Below, one piece after another: positions 38,349 through 46,424 of a DNA stretch of 64,000 nt. The notes under the pieces are model-generated. The model had not been told where the DNA came from, made no database searches, and worked only from the letters and a program-made list of their open reading frames with translations. This stretch comes from a virus. The DNA lies in the IMG/VR virus record IMGVR_UViG_3300044878_000082, positions 1 to 64,000 of that record; one strand, written 5' to 3'. The translations under genes were made by a program, and so were the position numbers. Numbering within the stretch: the stretch's first letter is position 1; the number at the start of each line of letters is the position of its first letter.

Positions 38349-38660
38349 ATGGCCGATCTACCTGATGACGAACTGACACACGACGTGATGTTGGCCGAAA
38401 TCCAAAAGATGGCCAAACGCAGTGTGACCATTACGATCAACGAGCACCTCGATGAGAACCAAACCATCGAAGAGGCTGTAGACCGCATGGTGGCCTCTGG
38501 GTTGATTGATGATGACCAAGCGCCTGAGTACATCGCCTCAGGTACGATCGTTCAACTCACGGCCAATGGCGAGACCGAAGAAGAGACCATTGACATCATT
38601 GGGCCAACGCTCAACGATGCCATCGGTAATATGTACTTCTACTTGAAAGCCGAAGAGTAA
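38349..38660 (+). CDS. acidic hypothetical protein
   Basis: GAGGAG RBS. Confidence 0.75.
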   Translation: MADLPDDELTHDVMLAEIQKMAKRSVTITINEHLDENQTIEEAVDRMVASGLIDDDQAPEYIASGTIVQLTANGETEEETIDIIGPTLNDAIGNMYFYLKAEE

Positions 38661-38730
38661 GGGCATAAAGGGGAGAGAGCCGTATTGGCTCTCTCCTCAC
38701 AAGTCCGGGCGTGGACTCTTTTTTTTTTGG
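38661..38730. terminator. tandem/bidirectional terminators
   Basis: GGCATAAA-GGAGAGAGCC..GGCTCTCTCC, then AGTCC..GGACT plus T run. Confidence 0.7.
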
Positions 38731-38733
38731 CTG

Positions 38734-40278
38734 TTAAGCGGCTTCTTGGGTTTCCCACCAAACGTTTGCACTGCCACCCTCAGTTTCAGGGCGACCACCA
38801 ACCTTACGCATCGAACGGTCTGCACCGTTAATGTCGTCAGGGATGCTACCAATCTTCTCGAACTTCAGTACAGTGAACAGATCCTTCTCAGGAGTGATCG
38901 AAATCTTACGGTGCTTACCGCGCATACAAGTCAGGTAAGACTCACCTTGGAACTTCTCAATGTGAATCGAGATCTCCATGTCCACTTCTTGGTCTACGGT
39001 ACGGCACGAGTCGTAGTAGCCTTTGTTAGCAATCTCTTGCACGAAGTTTTCAATCTGCGAACGAACCAGTTCTTTAGCCTGAGTCGAAAGCTGATGCGGG
39101 GTAATGAACGTGATGCCGCGAGGAGCAGTGAAGTTACGCACACGACGGAACAAGTCACGAGTCTCGAAACCGTGTGGGCCTTGCTGACAACCACGCTTGG
39201 ACAACATGTTGAGGTAGTCGAGTACACAGAAGTGGACTTCGTAACCCTCGGATTCGTATTTCTGAACCAGGTCGAACAGGTCACGGTAGCCGAACAGGGA
39301 TGGGTCAACCCGCAACATACGGACGTGGTACCCATTCTCCATCAGACGACGCTTAACGTACGCAGAGGCCTCAGTAGTGTCCACCCCACGGATAGATACT
39401 GCTTGACCGGTTTCGTTCTCTTTAAGCGACACGTAGAGCTGCATAACGTTGTCGATCAAGTTGTTCTCGGCGGAGACGTGCAGTGCCAGAGGTTTCTTGA
39501 GCGGATCACGCAGGTACGGTTTGTTATAGATGCACATCTGTTTAAACAAGCTGAGGGTGAAGCCTGTTTTAAAGTTGTGTTGCAGTGCACCGAGCAGAAC
39601 GAACTCCCCACGACGGAAGCCACCCTGATCACCACACATTCTATTAATAGCCTGCCAGCCCGTACGAAGCACGCCATCAGCCGACAGTTCATCCTGGGCC
39701 TGTTCCATCAACGCCATGACCGCATCGTCGTCATTGATGTCTACAGAGCCTACAATGGCCGGGTTGGACTCAATGGTCTGCACCGTAGCCAAAGGTTCCA
39801 AGTCACCGATGACATCTTTAACGAAGTTCTTCCAGTCGATGGTGTGTGGATTGAACAGAGCCTTCTGAGACGCTTGCTTGAAAATCTCAGTGATCTGGTT
39901 CTGGTTCAGGTACGCTTGTAGCTCAGAACGGTACTCGAGCACCATGCGCTTGATGAGGTTGAGGTCACTGACATCCTCAGTAGCCCCTTCGAACGCTTGG
40001 TATAGACTGTCCTCGTCCGCTACGTTTACACGTATTCTTTGAAGTAGGATAGTCCTATCGTAATCCTGGTTGACCGGGTTACCAGCCATCCACATCGCTG
40101 TAGCCCGAAGACCCACCAGAGTCTCACGACCACGGTCTGTCTCCATCGAGGTTTCTGGGATACGAATACTGGCCACAATCTGACCGACCAGTTCGGCAGA
40201 GTTCGCTGTCCGGTTGTCCAGTTGACTTTCCCGATACAGGAGAGTGATCACCTGTACCAACAGTAGTTTATAATCCAT
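38734..40278 (-). CDS. DnaB-like replicative helicase (phiKZ gp118-like)
   Basis: RTGWQAINRM, GGFRRGE, variant Walker A GALQHNFKT, LDYL, TPHQLS, RGKHR. Confidence 0.88.
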   Translation of the reverse strand: MDYKLLLVQVITLLYRESQLDNRTANSAELVGQIVASIRIPETSMETDRGRETLVGLRATAMWMAGNPVNQDYDRTILLQRIRVNVADEDSLYQAFEGATEDVSDLNLIKRMVLEYRSELQAYLNQNQITEIFKQASQKALFNPHTIDWKNFVKDVIGDLEPLATVQTIESNPAIVGSVDINDDDAVMALMEQAQDELSADGVLRTGWQAINRMCGDQGGFRRGEFVLLGALQHNFKTGFTLSLFKQMCIYNKPYLRDPLKKPLALHVSAENNLIDNVMQLYVSLKENETGQAVSIRGVDTTEASAYVKRRLMENGYHVRMLRVDPSLFGYRDLFDLVQKYESEGYEVHFCVLDYLNMLSKRGCQQGPHGFETRDLFRRVRNFTAPRGITFITPHQLSTQAKELVRSQIENFVQEIANKGYYDSCRTVDQEVDMEISIHIEKFQGESYLTCMRGKHRKISITPEKDLFTVLKFEKIGSIPDDINGADRSMRKVGGRPETEGGSANVWWETQEAA

Positions 40279-40307
40279 TTCTCTGATACCCAGCCCGGAG
40301 TGTTTAA

Positions 40308-40838
40308 ATGAAAGTAATCTTGGTACCCCAGTGGCTGAAGAAAGCACTGGAACACGCTAATCTGAATTTGTCAACGGTTGCGGATCTCAAAACCTTGACG
40401 ACTATACTATCGACCGAGGACGTAGCTAAATACCTACTGCTCAATGAGGACCGTGCTACTTACCTCACCAAGGGTATCGCTTCGAGCTTCGACGGTATCA
40501 GTCTGTACGGTTCTGATAGTGGCGTTGCATCAGATAAGTTAGACAAAATTGCCAATCAGTTACAGTACCTGAGAATCAAGGACAAGCCTACTTTGGAGGA
40601 GGCTTGGATCGGTCGTGATGTCGCCGAAGCGTCTGGCTACAGCCTCACAGCACAACTGGTTGGTAGCGATACGTTAATTATTACACCTATCTTAGGACAA
40701 GCTGCCGCAGACGCAAAAGCTGATGCCGCTCGGTTCATGGACCAATTGATTGGCCTGTGGATCTCAGTCTCGTCTCTAGAGCTGGTTGCTACCACTCCGA
40801 TTTTCAAAGAGTATTTGAGCCTCGTTAAGAGTGTTTAA
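40308..40838 (+). CDS. conserved protein upstream of capsid gene
   Basis: Divergent from helicase; phiKZ-type synteny (recalled). Confidence 0.7.
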   Translation: MKVILVPQWLKKALEHANLNLSTVADLKTLTTILSTEDVAKYLLLNEDRATYLTKGIASSFDGISLYGSDSGVASDKLDKIANQLQYLRIKDKPTLEEAWIGRDVAEASGYSLTAQLVGSDTLIITPILGQAAADAKADAARFMDQLIGLWISVSSLELVATTPIFKEYLSLVKSV

Positions 40839-40991
40839 ATATATTCTATGTTTCAATGACCTTTTCAATAGTTTTGTGAAATCTGTTTAATTATATAGCA
40901 GCTATAACAAAATACGTTGTGGTCGCAATTGGTAAAGGCAGAATGCCGATTCCACCCCACTTATACTTATCCGATAAGTAAGGACTCAAAC

Positions 40992-43202
40992 ATGTCACTT
41001 CTGAAATACAAAGGTTCCGCTGGCTCGGCGCTGGCTAACGTGGTTTCTGCGCTGAAGCAAACCGTTGCTACCCAAGGTAGCGAGTTCTCCTCAAAAGGCA
41101 CTACCGGCAACCTGGTCTCGATGGAGAGCCTGGACGAAGCCGGCCACGCCGAACTGCATCGCGTCTGTAAAGACCTGTCTTCGGAAATCCGTGACGCGTT
41201 CAAAGCCCTGCGTCCTTCGATGGAAGACGGCGAAGAAGGCGGCGAAGAGCTGACCGAAGTACAACTGGAAGCTGGTGCCATCGCAGCCATGGCCGCAGGC
41301 GACCCTGCTGCTTACGCCGACGTAGCAATGCGTTCCCAGGCCGAACAAGGCGCTGGCATCGACGGCGTTGTTGACATCGGTTCGAGCGGTGCTGCTGGTT
41401 CCGTCGACACCCGCGACACTCCTTCGCTGGAATCGTTCGACGAACGTGAACTGGCCAAGTTCCTGCCTTACTCGATCGCCTTCAACGTGAAAGCGTCGGT
41501 TCAGGACAGCTTCTCGGAAATGTTCTACCCTACTACCGTTGTTCCGCCAGAACAAGGCGGCCTGGACATCACCGTTCGTCGTACCCTGGTACACAACGCC
41601 ATCCAGCACAGCAACACCGGTAAGGCCACCAACTGGAATCGTAAGAACCTGGTTGACGCCGCAATGGACCACACCATCTTGGCTGACGAGAGCACTGCTC
41701 TGGTTCCAGTGGTTCTGGCCAACGGCACCAACGCCGACATGTTCATCGACGAAAGCCTGCTGGCTCGCGAAGTTCGCCGCATCAGCAACGTTGACGTGAC
41801 CACCGCTCCACTCGCTATCAACCAGGAACTGAACCTGCTCGGCCTGTCCCAGCACCCTGGCCTGATCGGCGCTGGCGTGATCGACCACACCGACGCAATC
41901 GACAACAGCATTGGCCTGGACAAGATCTACGTTCAGATCGACGCTGCTGGTCCTCTGACCGATGGCGCTGACGTTATCGCTTTCACCACTCGTCGTCTGG
42001 CTCGCAGCCACTTCGTCAAGTCGGTTGAAGGTGCAAACCGTGAGATGAACCTGAACTTCCGTACTTCGGATCTGGTTCTCGACGCCAACACCAAGAACGT
42101 TGCCGGCGTTACTCCGGACGTACTGGCTGCCGTCGTATCGGGCGAACTGACTGTTCGTCTGGCCGTGAACCTGAACGGTGAGTTCGATACCCAACTGGGT
42201 AACGGTCGCGTTTACAGCTCGCCTGTAGTCGTTGACAGCATCGTGAACAAAGACGGTGTTGACATCTCCCTGACCGCTGGTGCTGGTGCAGCTATCGTTG
42301 CCTCCTTGGCCGGTTCGAAGGTTATTGCTTACGAGCTGAAAGCTGCTCGTACCAACAGCAACCGTCGTACCCGTGGTCTCCTGCTGGATACCAACGATCG
42401 TACCTTCCGTTTCCACATCCCACTGGGCGCTCCGATCTCGGCTCCTTCGCCAGCCGGTAGCAACCGTGACGCACGTGACCTGGAAGCACTGATCAGCGCT
42501 GCTCGCGTTCGTAACACCAACAACGCTGTGACCCGCCTGCTGAACTACGCAGAAACCCTGCGTGCTTACGCTGTCAGCGTCAAGCGTAACGACACCATTC
42601 CAGAAGTGGAAGGCGTCGGTCGTTTCCTGGTCAAGCCTTTCTTCGAAGAGAAAGAAATCGACCTGGAAGCTCAGGTATCGTCGATCCGTGACATGGACCG
42701 TGCCGAAGACATCAACGCGATCCTGGTTAACGCCATTCGTGACGTGTCGTACCGCATGTACCGTGACTCGGGCTACCAGCCAGCTCTGAACGCTGCCGTT
42801 GGTGGTTCCCAGCAGCCAAAACTGCTGATCGGTACCGACGTAGTTCTGCAACGTCACCTGATGGTCGTTGGCGACAGCCGCACCTTCGGTATCGCGTTCC
42901 CTGAATACCAAATCGAAAGTTCTTTCGACAGCCGTATGAAGGACACCATCGTCATCGCCCTGACCCGTACCGGTCAAGTCGAAGGCATCGACCCGCTCAC
43001 CTTCGGCGTTCACGCCTGGATTCCTGAGCTGGCTTCGAGCATGATGGTTCAGCGCGACGGTGGTACCTATCCAGAGGCCATGGTTCAACCACGTAACCTC
43101 CAGATCAACCACCTGCCGATGATGGCGATCATCAAAGTGAAAGGCCTGGACAAGGTCCTCACCTCCAAGGTGCCTGTATCTACCCAAGAGGTGCAGCCCT
43201 AA
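40992..43202 (+). CDS. major capsid protein (phiKZ gp120-like)
   Basis: ~736 aa, extreme codon bias, AAGGA RBS, S-x-E sites in N-terminal region, RTNSNRRTRG and NHLP motifs, synteny with DnaB. Confidence 0.9.
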   Translation: MSLLKYKGSAGSALANVVSALKQTVATQGSEFSSKGTTGNLVSMESLDEAGHAELHRVCKDLSSEIRDAFKALRPSMEDGEEGGEELTEVQLEAGAIAAMAAGDPAAYADVAMRSQAEQGAGIDGVVDIGSSGAAGSVDTRDTPSLESFDERELAKFLPYSIAFNVKASVQDSFSEMFYPTTVVPPEQGGLDITVRRTLVHNAIQHSNTGKATNWNRKNLVDAAMDHTILADESTALVPVVLANGTNADMFIDESLLAREVRRISNVDVTTAPLAINQELNLLGLSQHPGLIGAGVIDHTDAIDNSIGLDKIYVQIDAAGPLTDGADVIAFTTRRLARSHFVKSVEGANREMNLNFRTSDLVLDANTKNVAGVTPDVLAAVVSGELTVRLAVNLNGEFDTQLGNGRVYSSPVVVDSIVNKDGVDISLTAGAGAAIVASLAGSKVIAYELKAARTNSNRRTRGLLLDTNDRTFRFHIPLGAPISAPSPAGSNRDARDLEALISAARVRNTNNAVTRLLNYAETLRAYAVSVKRNDTIPEVEGVGRFLVKPFFEEKEIDLEAQVSSIRDMDRAEDINAILVNAIRDVSYRMYRDSGYQPALNAAVGGSQQPKLLIGTDVVLQRHLMVVGDSRTFGIAFPEYQIESSFDSRMKDTIVIALTRTGQVEGIDPLTFGVHAWIPELASSMMVQRDGGTYPEAMVQPRNLQINHLPMMAIIKVKGLDKVLTSKVPVSTQEVQP

Positions 43203-43266
43203 GCTGCTTCCAGGGATGGTACAAATCACTAGACTTCCGGGTCTGGTGTTCGCTCCACACCCTTGA
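43198..43266 (+). other. putative +1 frameshift extension of the capsid protein
   Basis: CCC-TAA at 43197-43202; +1 frame reads PKLLPGMVQITRLPGLVFAPHP-TGA-TGA. Confidence 0.55.
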
Positions 43267-43308
43267 TGATTCGTCGTCAGGGGTGAGTCCTTTAAGTGGG
43301 GACACACT

Positions 43309-43357
43309 GGAACTCTCCCTGACCTTCGGGTCAGGGAGGGATTCCTTTTATGCCGTC
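43309..43357 (+). terminator. strong terminator with TATGCC tag
   Basis: CTCCCTGACC-TTCG-GGTCAGGGAG...TTTTATGCCGTC. Confidence 0.85.
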
Positions 43358-43372
43358 TGTGATTCAAAGCGA

Positions 43373-43399
43373 TTTCAAGTGTATATTATCAAAGTGTAC
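43373..43399 (+). promoter_or_regulatory. phage early-type promoter variant
   Basis: TTTCAAGTGTATATTATCAAAGTGTAC upstream of the nvRNAP-subunit operon. Confidence 0.65.
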
Positions 43400-43447
43400 T
43401 AAGAAGAGGATTATCAAGGGATAATACCTGATTGAGTGGAAATACCG

Positions 43448-44620
43448 ATGAGCCAGTACATCCCCAATAACCAACTCATTAACCATGAAGCGCCATTGAT
43501 CGAAGTGCCATCAATGTTGGCCCTTGGTCCTGGTTCCCAGCTTTCTATCGAGAAGGAGTTCTTTAACGGCTTCCGCAAGGCCGTTACAATGGTTGATCGC
43601 TCTGGTATGCCCCTCTGTATTCAGCCTATGAATGTACGAGGCCTGAGCAAGTTCATAGTACGCTACACGATCAAGTATCGAGCCGGTGTAAATATTGACG
43701 TAGAACGACTATCCAATGCAACGTCTGAAGGCATGAGAGCATTACGCGACGCAGTACTCAGCGGTAGTGTCAGACAGCGTATGGGGCAGTGTTTTGCCCA
43801 AGTGGATTATGGGGTAGATGAGGACGAGGTACAACGTAATGGAGGCTCCCTTTACTTAGTCAACCTAGACGTCGTGGTTTCCACGATGATCGGGGGTTAT
43901 GTCCCGCATCACCCATTCAGTCAAGACGGCGTCCGTAACCGCCTCGTGGCCGACAACGAAACTATCAATACAGCAGGAGTGGTGGGCTACAGTCTACAAA
44001 TCGTTGACAACGAAGACATCTTTGGGCCACGTTACATCAACATCAATAAGGAGATCTACCTAGTCCAACCTACCAAAGATCCAGGCAGGCTCAGTGGCGT
44101 GTATCGCGCTTCGACTTGTCCGGTGAGTGAGAGTGGTGGTGTTGGGAAGCCTCGGGCGGAGTACTTCGCATTCCCTGAAGCAGAAGCGTTACTTGGCATG
44201 TTCAAGTCTTACGAAGAAGCTACAGTGATGGGAGACATCGCAGCAGAGAAGAAACGCGAACTCGAAGCATTGTCGCTAGAGCTTAAACACCAGGAGCATC
44301 GGAATAAGCTGGAACGACTCGAGCGAGAGGAAGAGTTTGAAACATGGAGAAGAGATCTCGAGCAGAGACGTTTAGCGGAGGAAAGTGAACGCAAAGCACA
44401 GGACCATCGGTGGAAACTTGAGGAGGCTCGTATTAACGAAGCCGGAGCAAGACTCAAGGAGGAACAAACGCGAGTGGAGCACCTGCGAGCAATTGCAGCA
44501 CTAGAGCGTAAAGACCACTATGAAGAACGGAGCCACGTACGGAAGGACGCTTCGGAGTTTCTTAAATGGGTTCCAGCCATTGCCACTGGCATTGCGGCTC
44601 TCTTTCTAGCTTTCAAGTAG
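43448..44620 (+). CDS. conserved protein with C-terminal coiled coil and hydrophobic tail
   Basis: E/R/K-rich helix then WVPAIATGIAALFLAFK. Confidence 0.8.
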   Translation: MSQYIPNNQLINHEAPLIEVPSMLALGPGSQLSIEKEFFNGFRKAVTMVDRSGMPLCIQPMNVRGLSKFIVRYTIKYRAGVNIDVERLSNATSEGMRALRDAVLSGSVRQRMGQCFAQVDYGVDEDEVQRNGGSLYLVNLDVVVSTMIGGYVPHHPFSQDGVRNRLVADNETINTAGVVGYSLQIVDNEDIFGPRYININKEIYLVQPTKDPGRLSGVYRASTCPVSESGGVGKPRAEYFAFPEAEALLGMFKSYEEATVMGDIAAEKKRELEALSLELKHQEHRNKLERLEREEEFETWRRDLEQRRLAEESERKAQDHRWKLEEARINEAGARLKEEQTRVEHLRAIAALERKDHYEERSHVRKDASEFLKWVPAIATGIAALFLAFK

Positions 44621-44645
44621 TCGTTAGGTAAGGGTCGGATCAGAG

Positions 44646-46298
44646 ATGGACAACCACTTCTTCAACTTGGTCGAACGGGCTATCCCGCGCTTTAACGACA
44701 AGATCATGTCTGGTCTTGCGGTAGAGCAGATGCGTGGCGTTGAACGCTACGTGGATGGTTTGTTCAGGAGTATTTCGAAAAGCTTCCCAGAGGGCTTGAA
44801 ATACGAAGGCTGTCGTCGTTGCACTCCTCAGGAAGAGTTCAACGAGATTACACCGAAGCGTACCGGTAAGCCAGTGTTCGACATTGCGCGATCCGATTTG
44901 TTTCTGGTGGAGTACAACTTCAGCTATAATGGGGAACCACTGCTGAAGCGCTACATGTATCTTCCCTTTGTCCGCCAGGCGGGGTTGATCACAATTCGTG
45001 GCAGTACATTTAGTATCAGTCCAGTTTTGGCTGATCGGGCTATTAGCTATGGGGTTAACACGATATTCATTCCGTTGCAGGTGACGAAACTCACCTTTGA
45101 ACGGCTTGACCATACGTTCCGGATGTTCGACGTGGCTGACAACGGCGGAGAGACGGCATGGAATGAAACTGCAAACGTGGCGTGGGCCACTGTTTACAAT
45201 CGTAGCCCTGAGAAGGGTGCAAACTCGAAAAACCGTATCACCGCAAAACACACAATGGCGCACTACCTGTTCAGCAAGTATGGCGTTACCCAGACATTCA
45301 AGATGGTGTCTAACACAGACGTCCACGTCGGCTACCCGGATGAAGTCAACTATGACCTCTACCCGAAATCCGAATGGGTGATCTGTGGCTCGAAACAGAT
45401 GTGTCCACGAACCCTACGGGGGATGCGTCGGATTGGATATGTCGCAAGCAACTTGCGCATGGCCATTCCTCGTGCTTCGTGGAATACCAAGAATGTGGGT
45501 CTAGTTGCTGGCTTCTTCTACGTAGTGGATCATTTCCCGCAGCGCGTAGAACCAGAGTTCATCAACAGCACGCGTCTTTGGCGTATTCTGCTAGGTCACT
45601 TGATCTTTGGTTCAAACCAGAGTGAAGGTAAGTTGGCGGAAGAGGTCGAAAACCACATCGAGTCTTTGGACGAGTCCTTAGATGAACGATCGCGGTTGGA
45701 CCTACGAAGTGAGAATATCCTGGTAAACGACGTGTACGAGCTGTTTGCGTTTATCATTGGAGCACTGTCTGAGATGGTGATCCAGTCGGACAACGTGGAA
45801 TCCACGATGTACGATAAAGAGTTGATGGTCTTGCGCTATGCGCTGTTCGACATCAACAAGGCTATCTCCCACTTCAAGTTTGCACTGCAAAAGGCCGCAC
45901 GGAAACCAAAGATCAAAGAGGAAATCAATCTGGCACTGCGCCGGAACCTCACTTTGGATGCTATTACCAAGATCAACCGCCAACACGGTGAGGTGGCAGG
46001 TATCTCCAGCCCTGGGGATAACATGTACTTCAAGATCACGTCCAACCTCGTGCCTCAGACAAGCGCCACTGGTACTGGACGTAATAGCGGGAAGTCGGCT
46101 GCGACTGACGCCTCCAAATTGCTACACTCGTCTATCGTGGAGATCGGCTCGTATAACAACCTGCCGAAAGCAAGCCCAGATGGTCGGACACGTATCGGTA
46201 CGTGCGTGCAGTATGACTCGAACTATCGGGTTGTGCGTAGTGAGAAGTTCAGACCGTTGATCGACGAAGTTCAACGTAAAATCCAATTTACCAAGTAA
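44646..46298 (+). CDS. non-virion RNA polymerase beta-like subunit (phiKZ gp123-like)
   Basis: SDLFLV..F, YLPFV..AG.I.IRGS.F.ISPVLAD; position two genes after capsid. Confidence 0.8.
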   Translation: MDNHFFNLVERAIPRFNDKIMSGLAVEQMRGVERYVDGLFRSISKSFPEGLKYEGCRRCTPQEEFNEITPKRTGKPVFDIARSDLFLVEYNFSYNGEPLLKRYMYLPFVRQAGLITIRGSTFSISPVLADRAISYGVNTIFIPLQVTKLTFERLDHTFRMFDVADNGGETAWNETANVAWATVYNRSPEKGANSKNRITAKHTMAHYLFSKYGVTQTFKMVSNTDVHVGYPDEVNYDLYPKSEWVICGSKQMCPRTLRGMRRIGYVASNLRMAIPRASWNTKNVGLVAGFFYVVDHFPQRVEPEFINSTRLWRILLGHLIFGSNQSEGKLAEEVENHIESLDESLDERSRLDLRSENILVNDVYELFAFIIGALSEMVIQSDNVESTMYDKELMVLRYALFDINKAISHFKFALQKAARKPKIKEEINLALRRNLTLDAITKINRQHGEVAGISSPGDNMYFKITSNLVPQTSATGTGRNSGKSAATDASKLLHSSIVEIGSYNNLPKASPDGRTRIGTCVQYDSNYRVVRSEKFRPLIDEVQRKIQFTK

Positions 46299-46309
46299 GG
46301 AGTGTGACC

Positions 46310-46411
46310 ATGAGTCTCGCACTTGAGGAAGTAGAGAGCTGTACTGCAAAGCCCAAATCAGCAGTAGCAGAGCATGGTCACATCAAATCCCCACTCGGTC
46401 AGTCTAAGTAA
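46310..46411 (+). CDS. small hypothetical peptide (33 aa)
   Basis: TAAGGAG RBS; fills the gap. Confidence 0.4.
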   Translation: MSLALEEVESCTAKPKSAVAEHGHIKSPLGQSK

Positions 46412-46424
46412 ACGGAGCAACAAG

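Noticed and set aside
43208-43312. tRNA-like cloverleaf
   Set aside because: Arm lengths are wrong and there is no T-loop/D-loop consensus; kept only as structured RNA
41091-43367. 758-aa antisense ORF over the capsid gene
   Set aside because: Shadow of strong codon bias; no motifs or RBS
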